Shown here one piece after another: positions 33,722-45,526 of a DNA stretch of 64,000 bases. The notes below the pieces were generated by a model. That model searched no databases and was not told where the DNA came from. It saw nothing but the letters and a program-made list of their open reading frames with translations. The stretch is from an uncultured Hormoscilla sp. (GTDB lineage Bacteria; Cyanobacteriota; Cyanobacteriia; Cyanobacteriales; Desertifilaceae): the NCBI GenBank assembly GCA_963921275.4, contig OZ001293.3, positions 4,832,001 to 4,896,000 of the forward strand. The letters are read 5' to 3'. The translations under genes were made by a program, and so were the position numbers. The first letter of the stretch is position 1, and each line of letters starts with the position of its first letter.

Positions 33722-34342
33722 ATGGCGATCGCAGAGCAGAACAAGAGTAGTATAGTACGGGATATGAAGGCGCTAGCCTGTTGGATGGCGGGAGATTTTA
33801 GTAACGAAAAACAAGCCTATGATAACCCGATAACCTATGCACATATTCATATATTTTGGCGACCATTACCCTATGAATTTTTTGAGGGAATCGGATTTTA
33901 TTCAGAGCAAGTTTATGACTACGATTTCTGGAGACCATACCGTCAGGGAGTCCATCGCCTAGTAGCTTTCAGCGATCGGATTTATATAGAAAACTACGGT
34001 CTGAAAGACCCGGTTCTATATGCGGGTGCAGCAAGGGAGTTAGATATTCTTAAAACGATTACGCCAGATGAGATTAAACGTCGCGAGCATTGTGGAATGA
34101 TTTTCTGGCGGGAAGGGGAAATGTTTCGAGGTGCTGTGGAGGGTAAAAATTGTTTGATAAATAGAAATGGATGGAAAACATATCTGGTGAGCGAGGTGGA
34201 ATTGACGGCAAAAACTTGGGTAAGTTTAGATAAGGGTATGGATGTGAATACCCACGAGCAAGTATGGGGCTCGAAGGCGGGACCGTTGAGATTTGAGAAA
34301 CGGCAAAGTTTTGCTGAAGAAGTACCGCCGATGTATGAATAA
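33722..34342 (+). CDS. cpeT: Bilin lyase CpeT
   Basis: MAGDFSN..QA..NP..YAHI, YSEQ.YDY..W.PYRQ, VWGS..GP..F. Confidence 0.92.
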   Translation: MAIAEQNKSSIVRDMKALACWMAGDFSNEKQAYDNPITYAHIHIFWRPLPYEFFEGIGFYSEQVYDYDFWRPYRQGVHRLVAFSDRIYIENYGLKDPVLYAGAARELDILKTITPDEIKRREHCGMIFWREGEMFRGAVEGKNCLINRNGWKTYLVSEVELTAKTWVSLDKGMDVNTHEQVWGSKAGPLRFEKRQSFAEEVPPMYE

Positions 34343-34384
34343 CTGTACTGTAATCTATTAGCAGCAAATGAGTGGAAGGGAGAA

Positions 34385-34690
34385 ATGTTGCCGCCACAAG
34401 CAGAAAAAAAGATGCAAGCGTGGATCCGCAGTAGACATCTGATCAGTTCGGGAAACTTTTTTATCTTGGAAACGGTAGAATATCCAACAGTAGAAAGATT
34501 TACAGAATGCGTAGAGAGTTTAGGAGGAACTTTAATAACAGTCCAACCAATAGACAAAATATGGATAGGGGATCATAGAAAAGTGATTTTATATCAAGCG
34601 AAAGCGAGTTTACATACACCCTATCACGATTTAAAACAATACTGGTTCAAATATGGTGGTTTGAAGACAAGATTTGATCGACGTTGTTAA
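34385..34690 (+). CDS. cpeR: Phycoerythrin regulator CpeR
   Basis: MLPP.A.KKMQ.WIRSRHLI.SGNFFI.ET; follows cpeST. Confidence 0.92.
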   Translation: MLPPQAEKKMQAWIRSRHLISSGNFFILETVEYPTVERFTECVESLGGTLITVQPIDKIWIGDHRKVILYQAKASLHTPYHDLKQYWFKYGGLKTRFDRRC

Positions 34691-34709
34691 CAGAGAAAGG
34701 GAGAGAAAA

Positions 34710-36500
34710 ATGATCGGCAGTTTTATTAACCCAGTAATAACTAAAGCATCGGCATTAGGTGTCAGCTTGTTTGAAGAGACAGACACGATCGAGTTGTGGC
34801 AGTCCAGTTCAGAAGCAGAAGTGGAGACGGTGATTCGGGCAGTATACAGGCAAGTGTTGGGGAATGCTCATGTGATGGAGAGCGAGAGGTTAACCATCCC
34901 GGAATCCCATCTGCGCTCGGGGGAAATAAGCGTCAGAGATTTTGTGCGGGAAGTGGCGCTATCGGAAATGTATCGCTCCCGGTTTTACGACAACTGTCCC
35001 CGCTACCGCTCGATCGAGTTAAATTTCAAGCATTTGCTGGGTCGGGCCCCGGAAAGCTATGAGGAGATGTGCACTCATAGCAACATTTGGGATCGAGGCG
35101 GTTGGCAGGCAGAGATAGATTCCTATGTAGATAGTGAGGAATATCACGAGGCATTTGGGGAAAACAGAGTGCCGTTTTACCGGGGTTATAAAACCCAGAC
35201 AGGCAAGCGGGTAGTTGGGTTTACCCATATATTCCAACTCTTGCGCGGTGCTTCTAGCAGCGATAAATCCAGTTTTGTGGGGACAAGGTCAAGGCTAAAT
35301 CGGGCGATCGTCACCAATAATCCCAGCGTGATGATTCCCCTTTCATCCTCCTATGGGCGACCGACTGATGTCAATAAACTACTAGCTGATGTCCTAAAGC
35401 TGAAGCAACCAGCAATCGCGCCACCAACAAGTCGGCCAAAAATCCTATCAGCGGAGGTAGAAATAGCTCAATCCTGGCAAGGTCAATATCAATCATGGGA
35501 AGATCCAGAGCCAGTAGAGCTATGGCCAGGCCGATCGGAAACGGAAGTAGAAACGGTGATTCGGGCGGTATACAGGCAAGTTTTGGGGAATGCCCACGTG
35601 ATGGAGAGTGAACGACTCACAGTCCCGGAATCACAGATAAAACTTGGGGAAATCAGCGTCCGTGAATTTGTCCGTCAGGTGGCCAAATCGGAGTTGTACA
35701 GGTCGCGGTTCTTCGACAACTGCCCCCGCTACCGGGCGATCGAGTTAAATTTCAAGCATCTGCTGGGTCGTGCCCCTGATGACTACTCGGAGACTTTCTA
35801 TCACAGTAGCGTGCTGGATGCAGGCGGTTTTGAGGCGGAGATAGACTCTTATATCGATAGCGACGAGTACCAGGAAGCTTTTGGGGAAAACGTAGTACCG
35901 TTTTACCGAGGCTACAAAACCCAGACTGGCAAAAGGCTGCTTGGGTTTACCAACATGTTCCAACTATTGCCCAGCGTTTCGACTAGCGATAAAGCGGGTT
36001 TATCAGGAAATCTACCTCGGCTGAATCGGGCCCTGATTTACAATCATCCTACAGGCAAAGCCCCTGTCACGGATATCAATGCCTTGCTGGCTGAGGTGCT
36101 CAAGCCGAAGATCCAGCCCCAAGAAATTATCTCCAAAGCAGAACTGGCTCGCAAGCAAGCCTATCAAGCTTTGCAAAGCCAGTGTTCCGAACAAGAAACT
36201 GTGATTGCGACTTTACAACAACAGTTGGCAGAATTACGGGCAACTGCTACCATCGGAGCAGCCCAATTAAATAAGTGGCAGTCTTATAGCCCTTACTCCA
36301 ATGGCGGCACTGGTTTGACCATAGGCCGACAACCGACGGCAACCGCCGCCCTACCAGAAAGTTATGAGGCTTTGCAACAGCAGTATGCAGTAGGGGAAGA
36401 GACGATCGCCTCTTTACGGGAGCAAATCTCAGACCAGCAGCGCTTGGCCGCGATCGGATCGGCGCGATTGAATAAATGGCGCACCCGTTCTTTTTCCTAG
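34710..36500 (+). CDS. Two-domain phycobilisome linker with a C-terminal coiled-coil extension
   Basis: Two tandem [21 protein letters not shown]...FYRGYKTQTG domains, then two modules ending IGAAQLNKW and IGSARLNKWR. Confidence 0.88.
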   Translation: MIGSFINPVITKASALGVSLFEETDTIELWQSSSEAEVETVIRAVYRQVLGNAHVMESERLTIPESHLRSGEISVRDFVREVALSEMYRSRFYDNCPRYRSIELNFKHLLGRAPESYEEMCTHSNIWDRGGWQAEIDSYVDSEEYHEAFGENRVPFYRGYKTQTGKRVVGFTHIFQLLRGASSSDKSSFVGTRSRLNRAIVTNNPSVMIPLSSSYGRPTDVNKLLADVLKLKQPAIAPPTSRPKILSAEVEIAQSWQGQYQSWEDPEPVELWPGRSETEVETVIRAVYRQVLGNAHVMESERLTVPESQIKLGEISVREFVRQVAKSELYRSRFFDNCPRYRAIELNFKHLLGRAPDDYSETFYHSSVLDAGGFEAEIDSYIDSDEYQEAFGENVVPFYRGYKTQTGKRLLGFTNMFQLLPSVSTSDKAGLSGNLPRLNRALIYNHPTGKAPVTDINALLAEVLKPKIQPQEIISKAELARKQAYQALQSQCSEQETVIATLQQQLAELRATATIGAAQLNKWQSYSPYSNGGTGLTIGRQPTATAALPESYEALQQQYAVGEETIASLREQISDQQRLAAIGSARLNKWRTRSFS

Positions 36501-36720
36501 ATCGGCCTTTTACGAGCGCGGTCAGCAGTTTTTCCGCTGACCGCTAAGCAAAAATATATTTGGGAATGATACTAATAGGTAGTCCGAAGTCCGCCCAGAA
36601 GATGCTAGGCAGAGCGATCGCCCGATATGGGGAAAAGAAACTTGATGGTAGTACCCTAAGTCCTCAAAATAAGACTAGCATGGAGTTGGAGGGATCTGTA
36701 GTCACAATTAAGTAAGTGTA

Positions 36721-37553
<833 letters not shown>

Positions 37554-37646
37554 TAGGAGTAGAAGACAGATGTAAGGGGAAAAGCAGAAAGGGACTTGTA
37601 GCAAGGGCTTAGATAGGGTATACTAAAAAAAATAACAGAATTAGAG

Positions 37647-40508
37647 GTGGAGTTAATGGCAAAGAAAAGCCGTGGAGTTCCGGCGTTATATTCAGAGATA
37701 AAGGTCAAGCTGGGGATTTCAATGACGCCCACAGGCAGAAAGTTGCTGACTAAGATGGCCGAAAAGGCGGATTTATCCCGCTCGGAAATGGTAGAGCAGA
37801 TCGCAAGAGGGTGTATCTCGATCGAGAGTGCCTCGGCAAAAATGGCGATAATGCTAAAGGAGGCGGTGGAAAATCAAGCTCTAACAGATGCAGAAATAGA
37901 ACAGCTGAGCACGAAGTTTCAGGTGGTCGATAGTGAATTGTCCAGTCCAGTGGAGGATGAGACAGGGTCTGAGGTGCAGTTAGAAAGTTCTCAAGCACAA
38001 GCACAGTTGATTGTAGATTTACAACAACAGATAAAGGAGTTGGAAGCAGCTCTAGCAACTAAGAACGAGGAGATGGTGCCGTTAGAAAATTATGAATCAT
38101 TGCGGCAAGAGTCGGCAGCACAAGCAACTCAGATAGAGGAGTTAGAAACAAAGCTAGCAGAATGGTCCGATCGGGTGCCGCGCTCAGAATATGAAACATT
38201 GCAGCAGGATTCGGCAGCGCAAGCAAGTCAGATAGAAGAGTTGCACTCCAGGATAGAGAAATTGTCGTCTCGGGTACCGCACTCAGAATATGAGTCATTG
38301 CAGGAGTCGTCAGCAGCATTATCAGAGGAGATCGCCTCCTTGAAAGCACAGCTTCAGGCATCTGAGGAGATAATGGCCAGTCAGAAAGAGCGGACAGTGC
38401 CGTTAGAGGAATATGAGTCATTGCAGCAGGACTCGGCAGCACAAGCAAGTCAGATAGAAGAGTTACACTCCAGGATAGAGGAATTGTCATCTCGGGTGCC
38501 AGTCTCAGAATATGAGTCATTGCAGGAGTCGTTAGCAGCATTATCAGAGGAGATCGCCTCCCTGAAAGCACAGCTTCAGGCATCCGAGGAGATGATGGCC
38601 TCTCAGAAAGAGCGGACAGTGCCGTTAGAGGAATATGAGTCATTGCAGCAGGACTCGGAAGCACAAGGGGAGGAGATAGCAGCATTAAAAGCACAGATAG
38701 GCCAGTTGGAAAAGAATGTGCCAGTCTCAGAATATGAGTCATTGCAGCAGGACTCGGCAGCGCAAGCAAGTCAGATAGAAGAGTTGCACTCCAGGATAGA
38801 GGAATTGTCGTCTCGGGTACCGCACTCAGAATATGAGTCATTGCAGGAGTCGTCAGCAGCATTATCAGAGGAGATCGCCTCCTTGAAAGCACAGCTTCAG
38901 GCATCTGAGGAGATAATGGCCAGTCAGAAAGAGCGGACAGTGCCGTTAGAGGAATATGAGTCATTGCAGCAGGACTCGGCAGCACAAGCAAGTCAGATAG
39001 AAGAGTTACACTCCAGGATAGAGGAATTGTCATCTCGGGTGCCAGTCTCAGAATATGAGTCATTGCAGGAGTCGTTAGCAGCATTATCAGAGGAGATCGC
39101 CTCCCTGAAAGCACAGCTTCAGGCATCCGAGGAGATGATGGCCTCTCAGAAAGAGCGGACAGTGCCGTTAGAGGAATATGAGTCATTGCAGCAGGACTCG
39201 GAAGCACAAGGGGAGGAGATAGCAGCATTAAAAGCACAGATAGGCCAGTTGGAAAAGAATGTGCCAGTCTCAGAATATGAGTCATTGCAGGAGTCGTCAG
39301 CAGCACTATCAGAGGAGATCGCCTCCTTGAAAGCACAGCTTCAGGCATCTGAGGAGATAATGGCCAGTCAGAAAGAGCGGACAGTGCCGTTAGAGGAATA
39401 TGAGTCATTGCAGCAGGACTCGGCAGCACAAGCAAGTCAGATAGAAGAGTTGCACTCCAGGATAGAGGAATTGTCATCTCGGGTGCCAGTCTCAGAATAT
39501 GAGTCATTGCAGGAGTCGTCAGCAGCACTATCAGAGGAGATCGCCTCCCTGAAAGCACAGCTTCAGGCATCCGAGGAGATGATGGCCTCTCAGAAAGAGC
39601 GGACAGTGCCGTTAGAGGAATATGAGTCATTGCAGCAGGACTCCGCAGCACAAGCAAAGGTGGTAGCTTCCTTAGAACAACAGATAACGGAGTTGCAACA
39701 TCGGGTGCCATTAGAGCAATATGAATCAGTGCGGCAGGACTCGGCAGCACAAGCAAAGGTGGTGGCAGAGTTACAACAACAGCTGAGTGAGTTGCAAGAA
39801 CATAGTATGGAAACAGAGAATGGGGAGACTGTGTCGTTACAGAGATATGAATCAGTCCGGCAAGAGTCGGAAGCAAAAGCAAAGGTGGTGGCCTCCTTAC
39901 AAAAGCAGATTAAGGAGTTGCTGCAAGAGCGCGTGCCGTTATCTACATATGAACATGTGCGACAAAAAGTTGCAGAACAAGCAACTCAGATCGCCCGATT
40001 AGAAAAAAAGATTAGTCAATATCGGGTGCCCTTAAACAATTATGAAGCGTTGCACCAGGAGTCCCGATCGCAAGCAAGTCAGATGGCCCAGTTACAACAA
40101 CAGATCCGCGAGCTGCAAGGACGGGTGCCATTAGAAAAATATGAAAGTTTGCGGCAACAGTCAGAACAAAAAGAACGGGCGATCGCCGCAATGCAACAAC
40201 AGATTCGGTTATTGTCAGATCGGGTGCCCAAAGAAGAATATGAATCTTTGTGGCAGTCTACCGTTCCGGAAAAATCGGAAAAACAAGCCAAGGTGGTGGC
40301 GCAACTGCAACAACAGCTTAACGGTTTGCAAGGTAATACAACTCAGACCAATGGAAATGGGCCGTTAGAGAGTTACGCATCTTTGCTACAGCAGTCTCAA
40401 GAACAGGCAAAGTTGATTGCCACCCTACAGCAAAAAGTTGCCGAGTTGCAGTCAACTTCCAGAATTGGAGAAGCTCATTTAAATAAGTGGCGTCAGCGCA
40501 ATTTTTAG
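37647..40508 (+). CDS. Ribbon-helix-helix-like N-terminus + about 22 coiled-coil repeats + IGEAHLNKWR C-terminus
   Basis: LGISMTPTGRKLLTKMAEKADLSRSEMVEQIAR (CopG/RHH-like); 33- and 41-aa VPxxxYESL modules; 543-bp internal duplication. Confidence 0.8.
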   Translation: MELMAKKSRGVPALYSEIKVKLGISMTPTGRKLLTKMAEKADLSRSEMVEQIARGCISIESASAKMAIMLKEAVENQALTDAEIEQLSTKFQVVDSELSSPVEDETGSEVQLESSQAQAQLIVDLQQQIKELEAALATKNEEMVPLENYESLRQESAAQATQIEELETKLAEWSDRVPRSEYETLQQDSAAQASQIEELHSRIEKLSSRVPHSEYESLQESSAALSEEIASLKAQLQASEEIMASQKERTVPLEEYESLQQDSAAQASQIEELHSRIEELSSRVPVSEYESLQESLAALSEEIASLKAQLQASEEMMASQKERTVPLEEYESLQQDSEAQGEEIAALKAQIGQLEKNVPVSEYESLQQDSAAQASQIEELHSRIEELSSRVPHSEYESLQESSAALSEEIASLKAQLQASEEIMASQKERTVPLEEYESLQQDSAAQASQIEELHSRIEELSSRVPVSEYESLQESLAALSEEIASLKAQLQASEEMMASQKERTVPLEEYESLQQDSEAQGEEIAALKAQIGQLEKNVPVSEYESLQESSAALSEEIASLKAQLQASEEIMASQKERTVPLEEYESLQQDSAAQASQIEELHSRIEELSSRVPVSEYESLQESSAALSEEIASLKAQLQASEEMMASQKERTVPLEEYESLQQDSAAQAKVVASLEQQITELQHRVPLEQYESVRQDSAAQAKVVAELQQQLSELQEHSMETENGETVSLQRYESVRQESEAKAKVVASLQKQIKELLQERVPLSTYEHVRQKVAEQATQIARLEKKISQYRVPLNNYEALHQESRSQASQMAQLQQQIRELQGRVPLEKYESLRQQSEQKERAIAAMQQQIRLLSDRVPKEEYESLWQSTVPEKSEKQAKVVAQLQQQLNGLQGNTTQTNGNGPLESYASLLQQSQEQAKLIATLQQKVAELQSTSRIGEAHLNKWRQRNF

Positions 40509-40580
40509 TCTGTCTGAAAGTTGAGAGACCAGGTAACTCCTGCGAAACCAGGTTTCTGGGCCTCCAGTTGAGGTCTAGCT

Positions 40581-40794
40581 CAATACTTCTCGGTTAAGCA
40601 TTTTATTTGTCATTGCTTCGATATCTCTGGGGAGCGCTATTCGCACTATCCCGGAGATATCGAAGGGTGATACGTAGGGATTAACTTATGCTTTATGAGT
40701 TAACCGATTGCTTGCTCAACACTGCTGGTTGGTTTGGAAGCCCCCCACGCTGCGCGAAAAATCGCAATGACAAGTTATTAACCGAGAAGTATTG
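40581..40794. mobile_element. MITE (IS4-like ends), 214 bp, containing nested micro-elements
   Basis: 17-bp TIR CAATACTTCTCGGTTAA / TTAACCGAGAAGTATTG; 10-bp TSD AGGTCTAGCT at 40571-40580 and 40795-40804. Confidence 0.88.
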
Positions 40795-40798
40795 AGGT

Positions 40799-41413
40799 CT
40801 AGCTGGATGCTTTGGATTTAAACTGGGTAACTTGCTCTAGGCGAGATAAAGCACTGGTAGCTGACTCCCGAATATAGGGGTCAGCTGCTTCATTATTGGC
40901 AAGAGGGGATAGCACTTCAGCAGCTTTAGAGTCTCCCAGGGATCCGAGGGCATTAATCACCGCGACTTGGAGAGCAATATCATCGATAGTCATTGCCTCG
41001 ACGAGAATATCCAAGGCGGGTGGACCCACAGTGCCCAGTGCGCCCACTGCGGAGATTTTTACTACTGGGTTGGGGTCTTTTAGGGCTGTTTGCAAACCCG
41101 CAAGGGCTTCTTTTGGGAAGTTCTCTTCGGGAAAATTGAGGGCGATCGCCGCCAGGGCTTTAGCGCAGCTAGCCCTGACTGTTTCATTATCACTGCTTGT
41201 CAGTTGTTCTACCAATGCAGGGACAGCATCCAAACCAATAAGACCCAAAGCTTGCACGGCTGCCCGCCGGTAGACCACATCTTCATCCGACAAAATTCCC
41301 ATCAGTTGAGGAATAGTATCGGCAGTCCTTTCGGAGGCAATTTGGCGCATTGCTCTTTCTCGCAGTCTCGGATTCTTATGTTTGAGTTGTTGATACAAAT
41401 CTTCTGCGGTCAT
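40799..41413 (-). CDS. cpeZ: Phycoerythrin assembly HEAT protein CpeZ
   Basis: LYQQLKH.NP.LR..AM, DEDVVYRRAAV.ALG.IG, SDN.TVR.S.AKALA. Confidence 0.82.
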   Translation of the reverse strand: MTAEDLYQQLKHKNPRLRERAMRQIASERTADTIPQLMGILSDEDVVYRRAAVQALGLIGLDAVPALVEQLTSSDNETVRASCAKALAAIALNFPEENFPKEALAGLQTALKDPNPVVKISAVGALGTVGPPALDILVEAMTIDDIALQVAVINALGSLGDSKAAEVLSPLANNEAADPYIRESATSALSRLEQVTQFKSKASS

Positions 41414-41949
41414 ATTATTCTGAGGTAATTTGTGAATTTATCGTTCCAGAGTCATCGAAAACTCGCAAGAACTCCAGAGATTCGAGCGGGGAAGACAACC
41501 AGATTGTCAGCATTAGCGACTTTGGCTGAGGGAACCCAATCGCGCTTCTACCTGTTGCATGCTGTATACCACTTCTCCAATATTCTGCGTCGGAGCCAAC
41601 TGACCTTGGGCATTCATAAAACGCTAAGATGCCATGAGTTCCATTAGGGGTCGAGCTGGGAATCGCTTCCCAACCCTCCCTTTCGAACCGTGCATGCGGT
41701 TTTCATCGCACACGGCTACTGGTTAGTTGGACCTTGTCATTGGCAGGATTACTGGGGATTGCTCCCTTTGTCCCTCTTCTTATGCAGTTTTTCCCCTTTA
41801 TGGTAGTCGATAGGACTGTTTCGTATCTAGCTCCGGAAGGTTCGCGGGGGGTATCCAGGAAACCACTTATACCGCTCTTTGCTAACATTGCCCCTGTCTC
41901 GTCATTAGGGGACTTTTCAAGTTTTACCCGGCTAGAGTTTTAGTCCATA

Positions 41950-42961
41950 ACTCAAGTTGCGACCTATAAAAATTGGATACAAAAAGCTATGATAAAGAGA
42001 ATTATTTTCAACTCTAATCCCTTAGATGTAACAGCATGAATTGACTTGGGAAACAAATTTGTGATTCGACTAAAACAGGTTTCAACTTGTTTTCTTGTTA
42101 CTTTTTGTATATATTCAAAACAAGAATATTCTTTTCTTTTTGAGTTCTTTTTTCGCAAAGGTTTTAACATTATACTTGACGACTCTTTTAGTAAATCCTC
42201 TAATTGATAATCATTATAAGCTTTATCTCCATAAACTATTGAATTTGATGGTAAGTCAAAGCCAAAAGATTGCAAAACTTTAAAATCATTATAACTACCA
42301 GGATCTAGATAAAATTCTATTGGCTTTCCATTTTTGTTTACCAACATATGAACTCTTAATCCATAAAAATAACGTTTTTTACTGGCAATATACCCTCGAT
42401 ATTCTTCCTTGTTATAAATTTGGCATCTATCAATCCTAATATTATCACATACTGGCACCGGGAAACTATCAAGAATATATTCTTGACCCGGATTGAGCTC
42501 TTTAAATGTTTGAGCTATAACTTGGAAGAAAAACATCCAAATTGGTTCCTCAATATTGTGTAATCGACGATTGAACCTACTTTTACTTAACAGATTTTTT
42601 ATATACTTGTGTTGGACCATAAATTGACAAGAGCGATCGTGGTGTCCTCCGAAAAAATATGCAGCAACTAATCCGACTGTCATCACTTCGGCATTGTTCA
42701 TTTTTACTTGTGGATCTTCTTTTATATTTAACGCTTTTAGTAGCTCGTCACAAAGAACAAAAATTGTTGTAATCATATCTTCCATCATCTACATCCCCCA
42801 GCAATTAACTATTATTTTAGTACATTATAACCTATAAACAGCCAACCCGCTGTATAGCACAAAAAAAATATAATTTTGTATCAAAAGCTACGAAATATCC
42901 CAAATATCTGTAAAGTCTAAGTGGGTAATTCATATTTTTTTTAATAGGTCGCAACTTAGGT
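41950..42961 (-). mobile_element. IS982-family element, 1012 bp (transposase 41964-42788)
   Basis: TIRs ACCTAAGTTGCGACCTAT / ATAGGTCGCAACTTGAGT; 9-bp TSD TAGTCCATA; DSFPVPVC, YFYGLRVH, GDKAY, RKQVETCFS. Confidence 0.95.
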
Positions 42962-43571
42962 TAGTCCATATTACAATCTAGGATTTCTCCTGATTTTTGG
43001 TACGTATTAGGGATACTTCCACCCAAGATTTCCAACTATATCCGACCCACGTCTGCCGGTACATTCCTGCACCACTTATACAAGGAGTTACCCCTGTCCT
43101 TTGCTTCTTGGGCCATCTCTCTCCACATGGCTTACGCTTATCATCTAACTGGTCCCTATCTCCTGACCACCGGTCGATAGTCGAGTAGTTATGGACAGCA
43201 CACGTGGAGTTACTTCGTTCCCTGGTATCATTTCACGATGTTTTTAGGTCCCTGCTTTACCCCGGGAGCTACTTTGAGTGTGATGTTGGCCATATGCAAC
43301 AGCCAACACTAGCTACCATTTCCTTTTTAGGCCAGCGTGTAAGCCTTCTTCCGCTGGTTACACATAACGAGGCTTTCACAGATTCGTTTTCCTAACCATG
43401 AGCATCTTTCCTAGCGGAGTTGCCGACTTTGGGCTGTCAGCTATCCTACATTTAAGTCCTTGCTCCGCACCACGGTGATGTCACTCCGCAGCACTAAGGA
43501 CCGGTGTCACCCCCACACCTGGGGAGAGGGAATTTAACCCCCATGATGACCAGAGTTACCATATTGAGCCT

Positions 43572-44442
43572 GTGCGATTCGTTCTAGCCTAACGTGGTCA
43601 AACACGGAACGCTAGCCCGGTTTCATTAGCCGGGAACTCTGACCGCATGGGGGTTAAATTCCCCTCCCCCCAGGTACGGGGGTGACACCGGTCCTCGGTG
43701 CTACGAAGCGACATCATCGTGGTGCTAAGCGAGGACTCAAATGTAGGATAACTGGCAGCCTAAGCCGGTGACGCCGCTAGGAAAGATATCCAAGGTTAGA
43801 GCAGGCAAACATGTGCAAGCCTCGTTATAAGGAACCAGCGAAATAAGGCTATATGCGCTGGCCTAAAAAGGAAATGGTAGCTAGTATTAGTTTTAGACTC
43901 TGGCTAATATAGTACTCAAATAGCTCCCGGGGTATAGTGTGGACCTAAAGGTATCGCGAAATGTTGTTAGGGAACGAAGTAACCTCTCGTGTGCTGTCCA
44001 TCAGGACAAGTTAGATGTTAAGCGCAAGCCACGGGGGGAGGGATGGCCCAAGAAGCGAATGCCCGGGGTAATTCCTGGGATAACATCTACAGTAATGTAG
44101 ATGATGCTGGGTAGCCAGCGCTGACGTGGGTCGGTGATACTAGGAAGCTGCTGGAATGAGTAATCCTAAAAAGCCACGGAACTAATCCGAAACGCAAGTG
44201 GAGGATAAGGTATGGATAACTGGTAAAACTGACTTGAAAATGGTGATACTAACGGTTATCAGAACAACCACTCGCTAAACCAGGAAAGGGAAGAAAAGAC
44301 AGGCGGCAAGGGCTAACGGAAGTAATTCCTATTAAGTCTACCTATGAAAAGGGCCTAGTACCCAGTAGCCGGATGCGGTGAAAATCGCAAGTCCGGTTCC
44401 TCAAGGGAGGGTCGGGAAGCGATTCCCGGCTCGACCCCATCC
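43572..44442 (+). mobile_element. ORF-less group II intron, 871 nt (copy A2), nested antisense in domain I of intron C
   Basis: Same length as 11952-12822 and identical in the stretches compared; 5' exon TTGAGCCT versus TTGAGTCT for copy A1. Confidence 0.93.
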
Positions 44443-44638
44443 GATTATGATTAGTTTTGGTTCTAAACATTCAGTCCAATTTTGGCTCGGCTTTTCCGTG
44501 TTTGTACAGGTTAGGCCGAAACGAGTCGCACTGCACATTTGTGTTTAGAGTTGTTTGAGCACCTGCATCAACAATGTCAATGACCGAGTTGAGTTTATAT
44601 TCGATAGACAGCAGAACTTGTGGGGACTTCGACGAAAA

Positions 44639-44760
44639 GGGTGCATCTCATATTTGCGTTGCCGCCCGAACCGTTCCCAGGCGGGAGCCAGGGAACGAGG
44701 GGTCCGGCTACAGATACAAAGCCCGCCTGCGCGGGCTAGATTGCAAACTGGGATGCACCC
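44639..44760. mobile_element. MITE, 122 bp
   Basis: TIRs GGGTGCATCTCA / TGGGATGCACCC; 8-bp TSD GACGAAAA. Confidence 0.85.
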
Positions 44761-44932
44761 GACGAAAATCCCCTCTCTGTCTGAATCAAAGCTGACCTTA
44801 ATATCAGAGACTCGCATTGTTTTAGTCATTTTAGATCGAAAACCGCGACACTTCATTTATTATACTCTAGTGGCTGTAAAACTTGTCGCGTAAGTTGGGG
44901 TTTGCGGGCATCTACCCAACCTACGAATCTAA

Positions 44933-45526
44933 TCATTGAGTTGCTGAGGCTCTGGTACGATTGAAGGCAATCATCTCTTCTAAGTCCTTACGCCCTACAC
45001 AGCGGCGTTCCGAGCAATAGGCCATCAGGTTCACTCCATTCATCATCCTGACGCTACTGACGCGCACCCGAAAATCATCGGTGAGAAACCAGCAGCGTTC
45101 CTGACCTTGGTTTCTTTCATATTCAGTATCGATCGTCAATATCCCATCTGGGGCAAAATAGTATCGACCCACCACTGGAATGCCTTCCACATAGCCACGG
45201 TTACGCAGGAAGAACCCCGTTCGGCTATTCTCAGGATCGGGAATGTCAACCAGAATTGCGGCATAATTGGGGTTAGGTTCAGTTAAGTCTAGGTTGTCCT
45301 GCCAGCCAAAACTCGCACCACCAGCAGCTCTAGCTAGATCGACCTTTTGCTCTACGCAAATTTGCTTGACTCTGGAGTCATCCCGATCGAACACTTGAAT
45401 AATCAGATTAGATTTCCCTGATTCATCCACCATAGAGTCAAAATGATGCACAGTGCGCTCGGAAAACCAGATTCCTTCACTTTTTCTAAAGAAATCCATC
45501 ATCGTCATTGGCGGTGTTAGCAGCAT
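44933..45526 (-). CDS. cpeU: Phycobiliprotein lyase CpeU
   Basis: PPMTMMDFFRKSEG.W...RTVHHFD, LRNRGYVE, NQGQERCWF.TDDFRVR. Confidence 0.88.
   Translation of the reverse strand: MLLTPPMTMMDFFRKSEGIWFSERTVHHFDSMVDESGKSNLIIQVFDRDDSRVKQICVEQKVDLARAAGGASFGWQDNLDLTEPNPNYAAILVDIPDPENSRTGFFLRNRGYVEGIPVVGRYYFAPDGILTIDTEYERNQGQERCWFLTDDFRVRVSSVRMMNGVNLMAYCSERRCVGRKDLEEMIAFNRTRASATQ

Larger units (their letters stand above)
41643..44531 (-). mobile_element. ORF-less group II intron (type C, about 997 nt net) hosting IS982 and a nested intron
   Basis: 5' GTGCGACTCGTT at 44531; domain V GTAGCCGTGTGCGATGAAAACCGCATGCACGGTTC; ends GACCCCTAAT; EBS1 TGCATA pairs with exon TGTGCA. Confidence 0.9.
41513..44829 (-). 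pseudogene. Small hypothetical gene (about 100 codons) destroyed by a MITE, an intron, a frameshift and a TAG
   Basis: Removing the inserts gives MTKTMRVSDIKVSFDSDREGIFVEVP/QVLLSIEYKLNSVIDIVDAGAQTTLNTNVQ|ELMAS*RFMNAQGQLAPTQNIGEVVYSMQQVEARLGSLSQSR. Confidence 0.4.

Noticed and set aside
38059..39882. 607-aa antisense ORF (also 4822-5898, 29467-30069 and similar)
   Set aside because: Shadow ORFs of repetitive or strongly coding sense genes, with no recognisable motifs
41703..43395. Short ORFs inside intron C as maturase or RT remnants
   Set aside because: No RT motifs (YADD, PQG) are recognisable; they overlap conserved ribozyme structure
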